From: an uncultured Candidatus Saccharibacteria bacterium
Lineage (GTDB): Bacteria; Patescibacteriota; Minisyncoccia; Phycocordibacterales; UBA5272
NCBI GenBank assembly: GCA_964470485.1
Contig: CAYYCT010000003.1
Location: 1-42,702, forward strand
Direction: 5' to 3'
Length of the DNA: 42,702 bases
Under the pieces are notes generated by a model that worked only from the letters and a program-made list of their open reading frames with translations, made no database searches and had not been told where the DNA came from. Every line of letters starts with the position of its first letter. The stretch's first letter is position 1. Shown piece after piece: positions 1 through 8,525 of the stretch. Position numbers and translations under genes: made by a program.

Positions 1-68
1 CTTCTCAGATTCGAACTGAGGACCTACGGTTTACAAAACCGTTGCTCTACCGACTGAGCTAAAGTGGC
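1..68 (-). tRNA. tRNA-Thr (anticodon UGU), 3' end cut by the window edge
   Basis: Reverse complement reads GCCACTT-TA-GCTC-AGTCGGTA-GAGC-A-ACGGT-TTTGTAA-ACCGT-AGGTC-CTCAG-TTCGAAT-CTGAG-AAG. All arms pair and the anticodon loop is TT-TGT-AA. The last ~5 nt of the acceptor stem lie outside the window. Confidence 0.85.
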
Positions 69-241
69 TTATGTCCTATATAGTAAAAGGATTTTAACAC
101 TACCCTACTTAAATAGCGTAGCAACTATAATATCAAATTATGTCCCTTTTGTCGAACTTTTGTGCCCAATTAGAGCATGTATACACATAAAGATATCTTC
201 TTATTGTATTTGCCCAACCAATACCTACGATCGCCCCCCTT

Positions 242-760
242 TTATGGTTTCTCTTGTCCAGCTCCTGATATATCACTCGCCGCGATAACAATATCAGCCC
301 CTGGACGGTAAATATAAATCATTGTTGGATAAACAATTATAAAATCACCATTCTGCGAATCCTTAAAAAAGGCTTGCGTTTCTTTAATTTTATTTGCATC
401 TTGTACTTCTGCTATCTGAGGATCGCCATCGGGAAGAAGGATGTGCTTTCGCAGTGCTTTAACTATCTCTTCCCCAGTCATGGGGATACCCTCCCCACCT
501 GAGGTCAATTGCGCTCCAACATTAAGTTCTTCCCTGGTAAGTTTATACAACTTATATTGTGAATATGCAGTGATACCCGTGAGAACAAAAATAGAGCCAA
601 TGAGCCCACCAAGAATTACTTTTAATCTTTTCCTCTTGGCTTTTCTATTTTCAATCTTCTGTTTTATGTGGTCAACCTCTTCATGCACAAAAGAAGGCTC
701 AGAAAGAGGCATCATTCCTTCTTTATTTTTTTGGTCTTCTCCAAAACTAACAGTGTCCAT
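242..760 (-). CDS. hypothetical single-pass membrane protein (172 aa)
   Basis: Long ORF with a K/R-rich segment followed by one hydrophobic helix (LKVILGGLIGSIFVLTGITAY). No family recognised. Confidence 0.55.
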   Translation of the reverse strand: MDTVSFGEDQKNKEGMMPLSEPSFVHEEVDHIKQKIENRKAKRKRLKVILGGLIGSIFVLTGITAYSQYKLYKLTREELNVGAQLTSGGEGIPMTGEEIVKALRKHILLPDGDPQIAEVQDANKIKETQAFFKDSQNGDFIIVYPTMIYIYRPGADIVIAASDISGAGQEKP

Positions 761-790
761 ATATTGTTTTTATGGTATATGAAAATCCTA

Positions 791-1792
791 TTATTTAAGT
801 ATATCACAACCAATAACTTCGTTTGCTTTAGTGCGCGTAGAAACATTCCAGTTTCCAGAAGTAAAACTAAGGGTAACAATGCTTACAATATCTTTTCTAT
901 AAAAACGCTGAAATCGTTTTACTGCGTCGCGAGTACGTGGTCCATAGACACCACTTACTGGGACTTTTTCTCCTCGTACAATATTAAGAAACTGTTGTAC
1001 TTTTTTTACCTCATTCCCTTTGTCTCCATATTTTGTGTATATTTTAAAATATGGACACGATATCATAATAGGCTCTCCGCACACCTTTGTCGTCTGTCGT
1101 TCAATCTGACGTTGACTGAGTGTGTACACTGTTCCTGTTGGATTCTTAAGACGCATTGGGTCAAGAATATAACTTCTATACTTCTGTTGCCATCTTTTTA
1201 CAGCTGCAACATCTTGTTTTTCATAAACACCATTAACTGGAAGCTTTTCATTTTCGTAGGTATTGAGAAAAGTCTCTAACTTTTTTACATCCTCTTTTGA
1301 ATTTGTTGAAAGCCCATAATCAATTGGTCCTGAAAAAGTGATTCGTGAGCTGCAAGTGCTTCCTATAACTGGAGCTGTCTCTGTGCTCGTTGCGGTTATG
1401 ACCACCACTGTTCCTGTCGATGTAGGGGTTGGAAAAACAAAATACCCACCACCAGATGAACCTCCTCCCCCGCCTCCGGATGAAGGTGGTGTACTTATAC
1501 TACTCGTACCAAAGACCCCCGAAACAACATACCCACCACCAGACTCTAGACCCCCATGTTGTTGGGCTGACTGTTGTACTATATACCCATTCCCTGTGAG
1601 GTTCCCATTAATTGGTGAAATAATTTGCTGTACAGTATACCCACCTCCAGTAACTGTCTCCGCAAAAGACCTTTGGGCAAAACCAATCGAAAAAAACATA
1701 TATCCTATAAAGAATACTGCATTCATTTTTTTAGAAAAAACAAGATATCTCTTATCTCCTCTATTCCCATTTTTTTTAAAAATCGTTAACAT
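791..1792 (-). CDS. secreted protein with two peptidoglycan-binding (PG_binding_1-like) repeats
   Basis: Internal Met23 (start 1726) gives a signal-like MNAVFFIGYMFFSIGFAQRSFA. A Gly/Ser-rich linker follows. Two motif copies are present: VKKLETFLN..LPVNGVYEKQDVAAVKRWQ and VKKVQQFLN..VPVSGVYGPRTRDAVKRFQ. The start lies 10 nt after the stop of the upstream giant gene. Confidence 0.7.
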   Translation of the reverse strand: MLTIFKKNGNRGDKRYLVFSKKMNAVFFIGYMFFSIGFAQRSFAETVTGGGYTVQQIISPINGNLTGNGYIVQQSAQQHGGLESGGGYVVSGVFGTSSISTPPSSGGGGGGSSGGGYFVFPTPTSTGTVVVITATSTETAPVIGSTCSSRITFSGPIDYGLSTNSKEDVKKLETFLNTYENEKLPVNGVYEKQDVAAVKRWQQKYRSYILDPMRLKNPTGTVYTLSQRQIERQTTKVCGEPIMISCPYFKIYTKYGDKGNEVKKVQQFLNIVRGEKVPVSGVYGPRTRDAVKRFQRFYRKDIVSIVTLSFTSGNWNVSTRTKANEVIGCDILK

Positions 1793-1801
1793 CGCGCTTC
1801 A

Positions 1802-4800
1802 TTATGGTGTTACAGGGGTATCGGTTGTCGATGTGTCATTCTCTGATGATGTTGCTTGAGGGTCAATTGCTGGGGGATTTTCACCAGCAACACCATCATC
1901 TGATGATGTTGCTGTTGGTAATTCTTGTGGCGTAGTTGTAGCATCATCACTTGGTGGTGTCGATGAAGATGTTCCAGTCCCTCCACTTCCATCAGTTGGA
2001 CTGCCGTCTCCGATATTTCCAATCGGTGGCTGCATAAGAGGGATTGAAGATGTGTTTAATATGCTCTCAACCTGATCCCCATCAAGACAAACGTTCTCAC
2101 CATTTGCTTTCTTAATACATACTTTATCAGTATAAATTTCTTTTGCAAAAAGCTTATCAAAATACCCCGCAACAGCTCGCGTGGTAAGCGAAAGATATTC
2201 TACAACAACAGTATTTCCATGAATAAGCTTGTCGAATAGTGTTTGGTATACACTACGAGTCGGCGCTACAAAAGTGTCTGATGATGATGCAATTACTACA
2301 AGCCCTTCAGTGGATGAGAGGGTTAGTACTCGATGCTTATTTTCTACAACCATAAGTACTTTTGATGATGTTGCATCGAGTGGTGCATCTGAAATAGCGC
2401 GACCGATAGAATAGTTCGTCTCAAGTGCCTTCATAGCATATCCAGGGGTCGATGTTGAGATAGTAAGGTAGTCGCCTTGCTTAACAACACCATTTTCATT
2501 TGTCACAAATACTGGAACACGACCAGAAAATGCTATAGGTACTCCATTTTTTGTATTGCCTCCAAGAAGAATACCTGGGCGAGTTGAAATAACTCCGAGA
2601 GCCTCATCTCCAGCGTGCGCCTTTCTTACTGTCGACATCTGATAGGTATTAGTAGGTGTCTGCCCGTTGTCGAGCATCCACTCTTCTGTTGTTGAAGAAA
2701 ATGCTACAACAGTTCCTGCTATAAGAGGTTCGCTGGCTGGGTAATTTTCTGCAACGTCAGCAGGGGTACCTATAGTAGTCACACCATCAGTAAATATATC
2801 CCCATTTGCTTTAACTTTAAATACAGTATCTCCGGTACTTCCTACGTCAGAAATAATTCTTAACATGTCGGTACTCGTTGCAGCTGTAGCCTTATAAATA
2901 TCAAGAGTAGAGCCTGGTGTACTCGTTCCTATTCCAACATTACCATTTGCGAGAATTTGGAAAAGTGTCGCACCGGTTGAAGACGAGACTGCAAAAGGAT
3001 TAGTCGTTGACGTTCCTCTTACATAAAGTGTCTCTGCTGGAATAATGTCAGTCCCTACACTAACCCTCCCACGATTACTAGCTAAGAAAATATCCCCTGC
3101 TGAAGTCCCGTGTCCTCCATTTATAACCACATTACCTCCAGTATAAAGATCAGATGCTCCCGCTGTGAGAGTAATTGATCCTCCAGATGTAAGAGCTCCT
3201 GTTGACCCTCCCGCAGTAAGAGAAACATTTCCCCCAGCATTACCATTCCCAGAAATTAGATTAATATGCCCACCAGGACCGGCACTACCATTACCTCCAG
3301 TAACAGTAAATGTTCCACCGGTATTACCAGTCCCCCCAGTAAAAGAATATGCTCCTCCAGTACCTGCCGTGCCGTGCCCGTTACCACCTATGAATGAAAA
3401 TCCGCCACCATTACTTGCTGCGCCTGATCCATAATTCCCCCCCACAAATGAATACCCTCCACCATTACCAGATGTCCCAGCTATTGGTCGAGCATCAATG
3501 ATGTTAGGCGCTTGACCCGTTACTGAAGTGCCCCCAAGAGAAAGAAGCGCGGAGAATGATGATGTAGCAATCCCTACGTTACCGTTCTGAAGAATACGGA
3601 AGAGTGATGTCCCGCTAGAGGAAGCAATTTCTAGCGGGTTAATACCTCCTGTACCTCGTAATGTAAGTGTATAGTTAGGAGACGTAGTTCCTATACCAAC
3701 ATTTACCGCGTCAGTTGAAGTGCCACCAAGTACAATTGAGTTAGATAATGCTACTTTTGCGTTCTTTCCGATAGCAGTAATATTAGTAAGAGCAGTAGAC
3801 GATGATATTGTTGCATCACGAGAAGCTTGATAACCAATAAATGTTGAATAATTATCTATATAGCTTCTTTCATTAAGAAGCACACCAAACCCAGCTGAGC
3901 GTCCTATTGCTGTATTTCCATCTCCATATAGTAATGAATATAGCGCACCTCCACCAATACCAATATTGTAACTACTTGTAGCAACTGAAAAAAGACTGTC
4001 TGCGCCAATTGCTAGATTATGATTACCTGATGTATTAGTACTTAGTGTTCCATCTCCAATTGCGGTATTATTGTCTCCTGTAAGATTGTTTAAAAGTGCC
4101 TGCCTACCAACTGCGATGTTATAGTCCCCTTGTGTGTTATATCGAAGAGCCTCCGAACCAAATGCGGCGTTAGAATTACCAGAATTAGTGTTACTAAGGG
4201 CTCTATATCCAAATGCAGTATTTCTTGTATTTGTCGCTGATGATCCGGCTAAATAGCCAAGAAAAGTATTATCTTGTGTAGTTGATGCAAACATAAACTT
4301 AGCACTGTTCCAGTACATCCAGCTATCTCCATTACTTTTAGCTGCACCAAAATTTACTTCCCCAAAACTTGATGTTGCAGTTGTTGACGCAGCAATGAAA
4401 ATGTCTGCACTTGTAATCCCAGATACAGTTAGACTGTACGGAGGAGTCTTAGTTCCAATTCCAAGACGTGTATTAGTATTATCCCAGAAGAACTTAGAGT
4501 TATTTTCTGAAAGAAGCCCCCCTGTACTGATAAAAGGAATAGAACCAGAAGTAAAGTTAGAGAGATAAAAATTTCCAGATGTGGTAAACGCAGTAGCTGA
4601 TGCTGTAGCAAGCGTACTCTGTCCTGTGACAGAAAGAGAACCAACTGAAGCAGTTACAGACGAGAGGTTAGTTGAAGTAGCGTTTGTCGTCGAAGCATTT
4701 GTCGTAACAAGATTGGTTGTTGTTGCATTCGTAGCAGTAAGGTTAGTGAAGATTGCAGTAACAGCATTTAAGAGTGTGGAGTAGAGATTGGTTGCAGTTA

Positions 4801-5596
4801 ATCCAGTAGAGGAAGCGGTGGTAAGAGAGGTTTGGCCGGTAAATGTTTTATCTCCAGAAAACGACTGAGATGTAGTTGAAATAACTCCACGAGCACTTAC
4901 CCCCGCGTTTGGGATGTTAAGCGTATGGGTTATTCCAGATGAAGAAATAGTAGCATCACTCCCAGAAGCCCCGATAGCAAAAAGTTGTGATGCTCCAGAA
5001 AGCCCATTTAAAGAAGTTATCCCAGCCCCAGCAATTCCAAGCGCACTCCATGCAGACCCATCGTATACATAAAGTTGATTTGTTGTTGTATTAAAATACA
5101 TTTTCCCTTTTGCTGTAGCAAGCCCTGTACTTGTGGTGCTGGTAAGTGCTCCATAAGAAACCATCGAGAATGGTGCCATGCCTATTTGTGACCTGATCCC
5201 CCCAGCAAGAGTCATTTCGCCAGTAGAAAATGGTGCTCCAATTTCAACGGTAACATAATACGCTTTATCAAAATCAAGATCAGAAAGAGAAACGGCAGCA
5301 GTACTCCCATTAACATCCCCAACCTGACCGATTGGAATAGTGAAATAACCGTTTGTAATAGTAACCGTTCCTTCATTTTCTTCAAATAAAAGCACTCCAG
5401 AAGTTGGATCATCATAAACCCTAACAATAACAGATGCTGACCCAGACTGTGCAACTCCGCTAGAATTTGTAATGAACCCTTGATAGTTAATAAACGTTGG
5501 AGTTGATGCAGAGTAGGCGACGATTACCCCTCCTAAAATCAAAGAGGAAAGAAGGGCTACAAAAAATCTTTTTTTCAAAAAGAATGCTGACTGCAT
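1802..5596 (-). CDS. giant secreted repeat protein (~1264 aa) with tail-fibre/adhesin-like repeats
   Basis: The ORF track extends to 5719, but Met42 (ATG at 5596) begins a signal peptide: MQSAFFLKKRFFVALLSSLILGGVIVAYSAS. It contains NTAxG/NxAxG repeats (NTAFGYRALSNTNSGNSNAAFGSEAL..NIAVGRQAL..NTAIGDGTL). The module LRGT..NP..SSSG..LF.IL.NGNVGI.TS is duplicated. There is a Gly-rich GGxGxxG block and an S/T/P/D-rich C-terminal tail. Confidence 0.75.
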   Translation of the reverse strand: MQSAFFLKKRFFVALLSSLILGGVIVAYSASTPTFINYQGFITNSSGVAQSGSASVIVRVYDDPTSGVLLFEENEGTVTITNGYFTIPIGQVGDVNGSTAAVSLSDLDFDKAYYVTVEIGAPFSTGEMTLAGGIRSQIGMAPFSMVSYGALTSTTSTGLATAKGKMYFNTTTNQLYVYDGSAWSALGIAGAGITSLNGLSGASQLFAIGASGSDATISSSGITHTLNIPNAGVSARGVISTTSQSFSGDKTFTGQTSLTTASSTGLTATNLYSTLLNAVTAIFTNLTATNATTTNLVTTNASTTNATSTNLSSVTASVGSLSVTGQSTLATASATAFTTSGNFYLSNFTSGSIPFISTGGLLSENNSKFFWDNTNTRLGIGTKTPPYSLTVSGITSADIFIAASTTATSSFGEVNFGAAKSNGDSWMYWNSAKFMFASTTQDNTFLGYLAGSSATNTRNTAFGYRALSNTNSGNSNAAFGSEALRYNTQGDYNIAVGRQALLNNLTGDNNTAIGDGTLSTNTSGNHNLAIGADSLFSVATSSYNIGIGGGALYSLLYGDGNTAIGRSAGFGVLLNERSYIDNYSTFIGYQASRDATISSSTALTNITAIGKNAKVALSNSIVLGGTSTDAVNVGIGTTSPNYTLTLRGTGGINPLEIASSSGTSLFRILQNGNVGIATSSFSALLSLGGTSVTGQAPNIIDARPIAGTSGNGGGYSFVGGNYGSGAASNGGGFSFIGGNGHGTAGTGGAYSFTGGTGNTGGTFTVTGGNGSAGPGGHINLISGNGNAGGNVSLTAGGSTGALTSGGSITLTAGASDLYTGGNVVINGGHGTSAGDIFLASNRGRVSVGTDIIPAETLYVRGTSTTNPFAVSSSTGATLFQILANGNVGIGTSTPGSTLDIYKATAATSTDMLRIISDVGSTGDTVFKVKANGDIFTDGVTTIGTPADVAENYPASEPLIAGTVVAFSSTTEEWMLDNGQTPTNTYQMSTVRKAHAGDEALGVISTRPGILLGGNTKNGVPIAFSGRVPVFVTNENGVVKQGDYLTISTSTPGYAMKALETNYSIGRAISDAPLDATSSKVLMVVENKHRVLTLSSTEGLVVIASSSDTFVAPTRSVYQTLFDKLIHGNTVVVEYLSLTTRAVAGYFDKLFAKEIYTDKVCIKKANGENVCLDGDQVESILNTSSIPLMQPPIGNIGDGSPTDGSGGTGTSSSTPPSDDATTTPQELPTATSSDDGVAGENPPAIDPQATSSENDTSTTDTPVTP

Positions 5597-5806
5597 GAGA
5601 GTGAGGTACAGGATAAACCCATTGTATAAGTATATCGTGAAAAGTATTGAAAAATATGGACATAAAAGAGTTCTGGGGATAACATGTGGCTGATTAAAAA
5701 AAACTTTTTTCGCAATCATAGATAAGCTAGACCTACCCGAAAAAACCTATAAAAATATACCTTTAGAGGATGTCTCTCAATCATATCTGAAATCATTTTT
5801 TACCAT

Positions 5807-5850
5807 AAAAATATCCCCTGTAAAGATTCACCTTACGGGGGATATTTTTA
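5807..5850 (-). terminator. hairpin terminator downstream of the rpsB-tsf-ORF139 unit
   Basis: AAAAATATCCCCTGTAA..(10 nt)..TTACGGGGGATATTTTT. The 17-nt arms have one G-U/mismatch and A/T runs on both sides. Confidence 0.5.
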
Positions 5851-5887
5851 TTGGCGCTACGTACAAGAAAATGACTAAAGAGAAGAA

Positions 5888-6307
5888 CTACTTTGCAATG
5901 TCTTCACTTTCTTTTTCTTGATCCATTTCTTGTTTATAGACTTTTAGGTGTTCCCAAAAATGAGGAACAGTTCCTTTATTTTTTACAGCATTTTTCACAA
6001 ACCAGTTGCGAGATTTTGCATACATCTTTGTTGTTAAGATATCAAAGTGATACATAAATCTCACTATAAAATGAAATAAATACTGTATACAAAATTTTCG
6101 TATAAGAATACTTTTTCTTAATACAAAGCGAATAATTGTATGAAGTGTTACCGACACCTGCTCTGGCCCATTATAGAGCTCATCGACAACGATAGCCCCT
6201 TTATCCAATTTATATTTTTGTATCATAAGCAACGATATAGCGCTTAACGCAAATATCGTTCCAAACGCCACTAAAATAAGAATAAGCATGAGAGTATTAT
6301 GCCACAA
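5888..6307 (-). CDS. hypothetical membrane protein (139 aa)
   Basis: ORF 4 nt downstream of tsf with an N-terminal TM helix (LMLILILVAFGTIFALSAISLLMI). No family recognised. Confidence 0.5.
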   Translation of the reverse strand: MWHNTLMLILILVAFGTIFALSAISLLMIQKYKLDKGAIVVDELYNGPEQVSVTLHTIIRFVLRKSILIRKFCIQYLFHFIVRFMYHFDILTTKMYAKSRNWFVKNAVKNKGTVPHFWEHLKVYKQEMDQEKESEDIAK

Positions 6308-6310
6308 GTC

Positions 6311-6781
6311 TTACACAAGACTGTAGCGTGTAAATCTGGTGACTTTTGTATTTTCTCCAAATTTTTGTATTGCCCCTTGCAGTCGTTGCTCAACGGTGAG
6401 TGATGGATCTTTGAGAAATGCTTGGTGAAGGAGCGCTGTCTCTTCCCCTGCTCCATCCTCATTATCTATCGATGTTGGCGACATAGCACAAACATGCATA
6501 GCTAAATCTTTGGCAAGTCCCATAAATTCTTCATTCTTTGCCACAAAATCAGTCTCACAACAAAGTTCAAGAAGTACACCGATGGTACCTGTGCCATGTA
6601 CATACGAAGCAATTACCCCTGAAGCAAGTTCACGGTCTGCTTTTTTCTCTGCCTGAGCAGCTGAAAATTCTGCGAGAATAGCAAGTGCTTTTTCTTTATC
6701 TCCCCCTGCTTGATCAAGAGCTTTTTTTATTTGTGAAAGTGAAAGACCAGTCTTTTCACGAAGTTCCTTAATAGTGTCCAT
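6311..6781 (-). CDS. tsf: elongation factor Ts, short form (156 aa)
   Basis: N-terminal UBA-like motif IKELREKTGLSLSQIKKALDQAGGDKEKALAIL and core ASYVHGTGTIGVLLELCCETDFVAKNEEF. Located directly downstream of rpsB. Confidence 0.85.
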   Translation of the reverse strand: MDTIKELREKTGLSLSQIKKALDQAGGDKEKALAILAEFSAAQAEKKADRELASGVIASYVHGTGTIGVLLELCCETDFVAKNEEFMGLAKDLAMHVCAMSPTSIDNEDGAGEETALLHQAFLKDPSLTVEQRLQGAIQKFGENTKVTRFTRYSLV

Positions 6782-6875
6782 GGATTTTTGTGATTAGATG
6801 TTTAGAGATTAGAAAGTAAGTGATTTTAAGATTGTTTTCTGTAAAATCTAACTTCTACTATCTAAGAGTTAATAA

Positions 6876-7550
6876 TTACGCCTCTACAGCTAGAGCACTC
6901 TTGATTGCCTCAAGTACAAAGCGGACAGATGATACTGATCCGTCATTACCGACAACGGGATACTCTATACCTTCTATTGTACAGTCAGTATTGCAAAGTG
7001 CAACCACAGGAATGTGAAGAAGCTTTGCTTCCTTGATACACATTGCTTCGTGGCGTGGATCAACTACAACAACAACAGAAGGAATATTGGTAAGTGTAGA
7101 AATCCCCCCAAAATCACGATCCAATCTATCAATATCTCGCTGAATGAGAAGCTGTTCTTTTTTTGTATACACAGAAAGTTCACCTGTTTCTTTTTTCTTC
7201 AAAAGTTCGTGAAGTTTCTCGATACGCTTTTTTATCTGAGGAAAATTAGTAAGTGTGCCTCCGATAAATCGCTCAGCAACATATGGAGCATTAAGCGAAA
7301 GAGCTACCTCTTTAATAATTTGACGAATTTCCGGCTTTACCCCAACAAAAAGAATTACCTTACCAGTGCTAGAGAGGTTTTTTAAAAATGTAACAGCTTC
7401 TTCAAGTTGTTCCTTTGTTTTTTCGAGATTGATAAAGTCGTTACCATTTACATTCCCTTCAATGAAAGGTTTTACTGATGGGTGACGACGTGTACGAGAG
7501 TATCCGTATTGAAGACCTGCCGCCTTAAGTGCATCGATTGTGATTGACAT
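6876..7550 (-). CDS. rpsB: 30S ribosomal protein S2
   Basis: MSITIDALKAAGLQYGYSRTRRHPSVKPFI.. is a typical S2 N-terminus, and the rpsB-tsf order is conserved. Start taken at Met16 of the tracked ORF (ATG 7550), because the upstream 15 codons lie in a hairpin. Confidence 0.9.
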   Translation of the reverse strand: MSITIDALKAAGLQYGYSRTRRHPSVKPFIEGNVNGNDFINLEKTKEQLEEAVTFLKNLSSTGKVILFVGVKPEIRQIIKEVALSLNAPYVAERFIGGTLTNFPQIKKRIEKLHELLKKKETGELSVYTKKEQLLIQRDIDRLDRDFGGISTLTNIPSVVVVVDPRHEAMCIKEAKLLHIPVVALCNTDCTIEGIEYPVVGNDGSVSSVRFVLEAIKSALAVEA

Positions 7551-7705
7551 AAATATAATAGCTTGTAGCTTGTAGCAGTGGAACGCATTTTGCATTCCTA
7601 CAAGCTACTCGCTAACAGATGGGTTAATAAAACATTTACTCGTGCCACATCCGGAACAGTTGTTAGCCAGTAGCATATAGCTAGTAGCAACCCCAGTCCC
7701 ACTTT

Positions 7706-7734
7706 CTCATAAGTACCTGTTTGGTACGCGTCAA
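7706..7734 (-). promoter_or_regulatory. candidate sigma70-type promoter for rpsB-tsf
   Basis: Minus strand reads TTGACG-17 nt-TATGAG. This would give a ~150-nt leader ending in a strong hairpin (7559-7607) that abuts the rpsB ATG. Confidence 0.35.
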
Positions 7735-7808
7735 TATTGCTCGAAAGTGATGCTCAGGTGTCCAAATCCTGATTTGCCCGATTGGATGATTAGGTAGTAT
7801 TCTATCAT
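7731..7808 (-). CDS. candidate 25-aa small ORF (MIEYYLIIQSGKSGFGHLSITFEQY)
   Basis: AAAGGAG sits 7 nt upstream of the ATG at 7808, and the TGA stop is at 7731-7733. It is below the ORF-track length cutoff. The only evidence is the strong SD in a window whose native genes lack SD. Confidence 0.2.
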   Translation of the reverse strand: MIEYYLIIQSGKSGFGHLSITFEQY

Positions 7809-7880
7809 AAAATAACTCCTTTGGGAAGAGTTACTGAATTCTGTTTGTTTATTCATAACATATCTCTATGTCTCCTCTTT

Positions 7881-7912
7881 ACAAAAAACAAACCGGCGCG
7901 ATTACGCGCCGG
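7881..7912 (-). terminator. rho-independent terminator of ORF 7937-8431
   Basis: CCGGCGCG-ATTA-CGCGCCGG (7893-7912), followed on the minus strand by TTTGTTTTTTG. Confidence 0.65.
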
Positions 7913-7936
7913 GAATGTGTTGTCACGAGGAAAATT

Positions 7937-8431
7937 CTATCTTCCCCGCCAATAGGACATTGATCTTTTTGGTTGTTTTTTTCTTGTTTGTTGAATGTCA
8001 TCATGAAAGTGAAACATCCCAACCGCAAACATCATTGGCAGGAGGGGCATCCATTGTTTCTCAGTTGGCATCAGGAATATCGTGATGTATTGTGTTATCG
8101 CCAAGAACAGTGCAAGGTCATCCCAACGAGGGTTTTTCAAGATTGTCCAGATGGCGAAGTAGACAGCCAAAGACATCCAGAATACCTCCGTGCCGTCAAG
8201 AAGAGTATTGCTGGAGGAATACGCCGCATAGCTAACAAGAAGCGCAGAAAGCGCAACCGTAAGTGTTATCGACCAGCGATTTTCGTTAGAGTAACAAACC
8301 CCGAAAAAGATTGGTAGGCGAAATTGACGATTAATGGAAATAATTGATTCAATATATTTGCTCAACTGTATCAACGCAAAAACAAAAAAGACCATTGAAA
8401 AGAGAAGGCACACTACTGTCGTAATCAACAT
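7937..8431 (-). CDS. hypothetical multi-pass membrane protein (164 aa)
   Basis: Four to five hydrophobic segments. It has its own candidate promoter, an SD-like GGGAG 9 nt upstream of the ATG, and its own GC-clamp terminator. No family recognised. Confidence 0.6.
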   Translation of the reverse strand: MLITTVVCLLFSMVFFVFALIQLSKYIESIISINRQFRLPIFFGVCYSNENRWSITLTVALSALLVSYAAYSSSNTLLDGTEVFWMSLAVYFAIWTILKNPRWDDLALFLAITQYITIFLMPTEKQWMPLLPMMFAVGMFHFHDDIQQTRKKQPKRSMSYWRGR

Positions 8432-8485
8432 ACCTTTTGTCTCCCTTAAAGACTATGGAAGGTGAAGAGAACAAAGTTCCCGACC

Positions 8486-8514
8486 ATCCTACCTCTTACT
8501 GTTGTATACGTCAA
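8486..8514 (-). promoter_or_regulatory. candidate promoter for ORF 7937-8431
   Basis: Minus strand reads TTGACG-17 nt-TAGGAT, immediately downstream of the prfA stop. Confidence 0.35.
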
Positions 8515-8525
8515 CACTATGTGAA

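Noticed and set aside
1338-1859. Pro-rich ORFs (1338-1859, 3165-3434) and other ORFs antisense to the giant surface-protein gene.
   Set aside because: They are the reverse-complement reading of Gly-rich (GGN) repeats, have no independent start signals, and are fully nested in a much longer coherent ORF.
5597-5719. N-terminal extensions in the ORF track (giant protein to 5719, rpsB to 7595, pth to 20132, L25 to 11995, MBL to 15717, gene A to 16249, rpsA from 17261).
   Set aside because: In each case an internal Met gives the family-typical N-terminus or a signal peptide. The extension runs through promoter or hairpin sequence.
7561-7576. The 16-mer GCTTGTAGCTTGTAGC recurs as its reverse complement at 30064-30079, next to the histidine kinase stop.
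   Set aside because: This is a low-complexity tandem heptamer. A single 16-nt match is near chance expectation for all-against-all comparison in ~43 kb on two strands, and the two copies sit in different contexts relative to their genes.
7937-8431. Treating the 164-aa membrane gene as a clear compositional island.
   Set aside because: My hand counts give only about 45-48% GC, against up to about 43% in native rows such as gyrA. The shift is marginal, so I kept it only as a low-interest cassette observation based on its signals.
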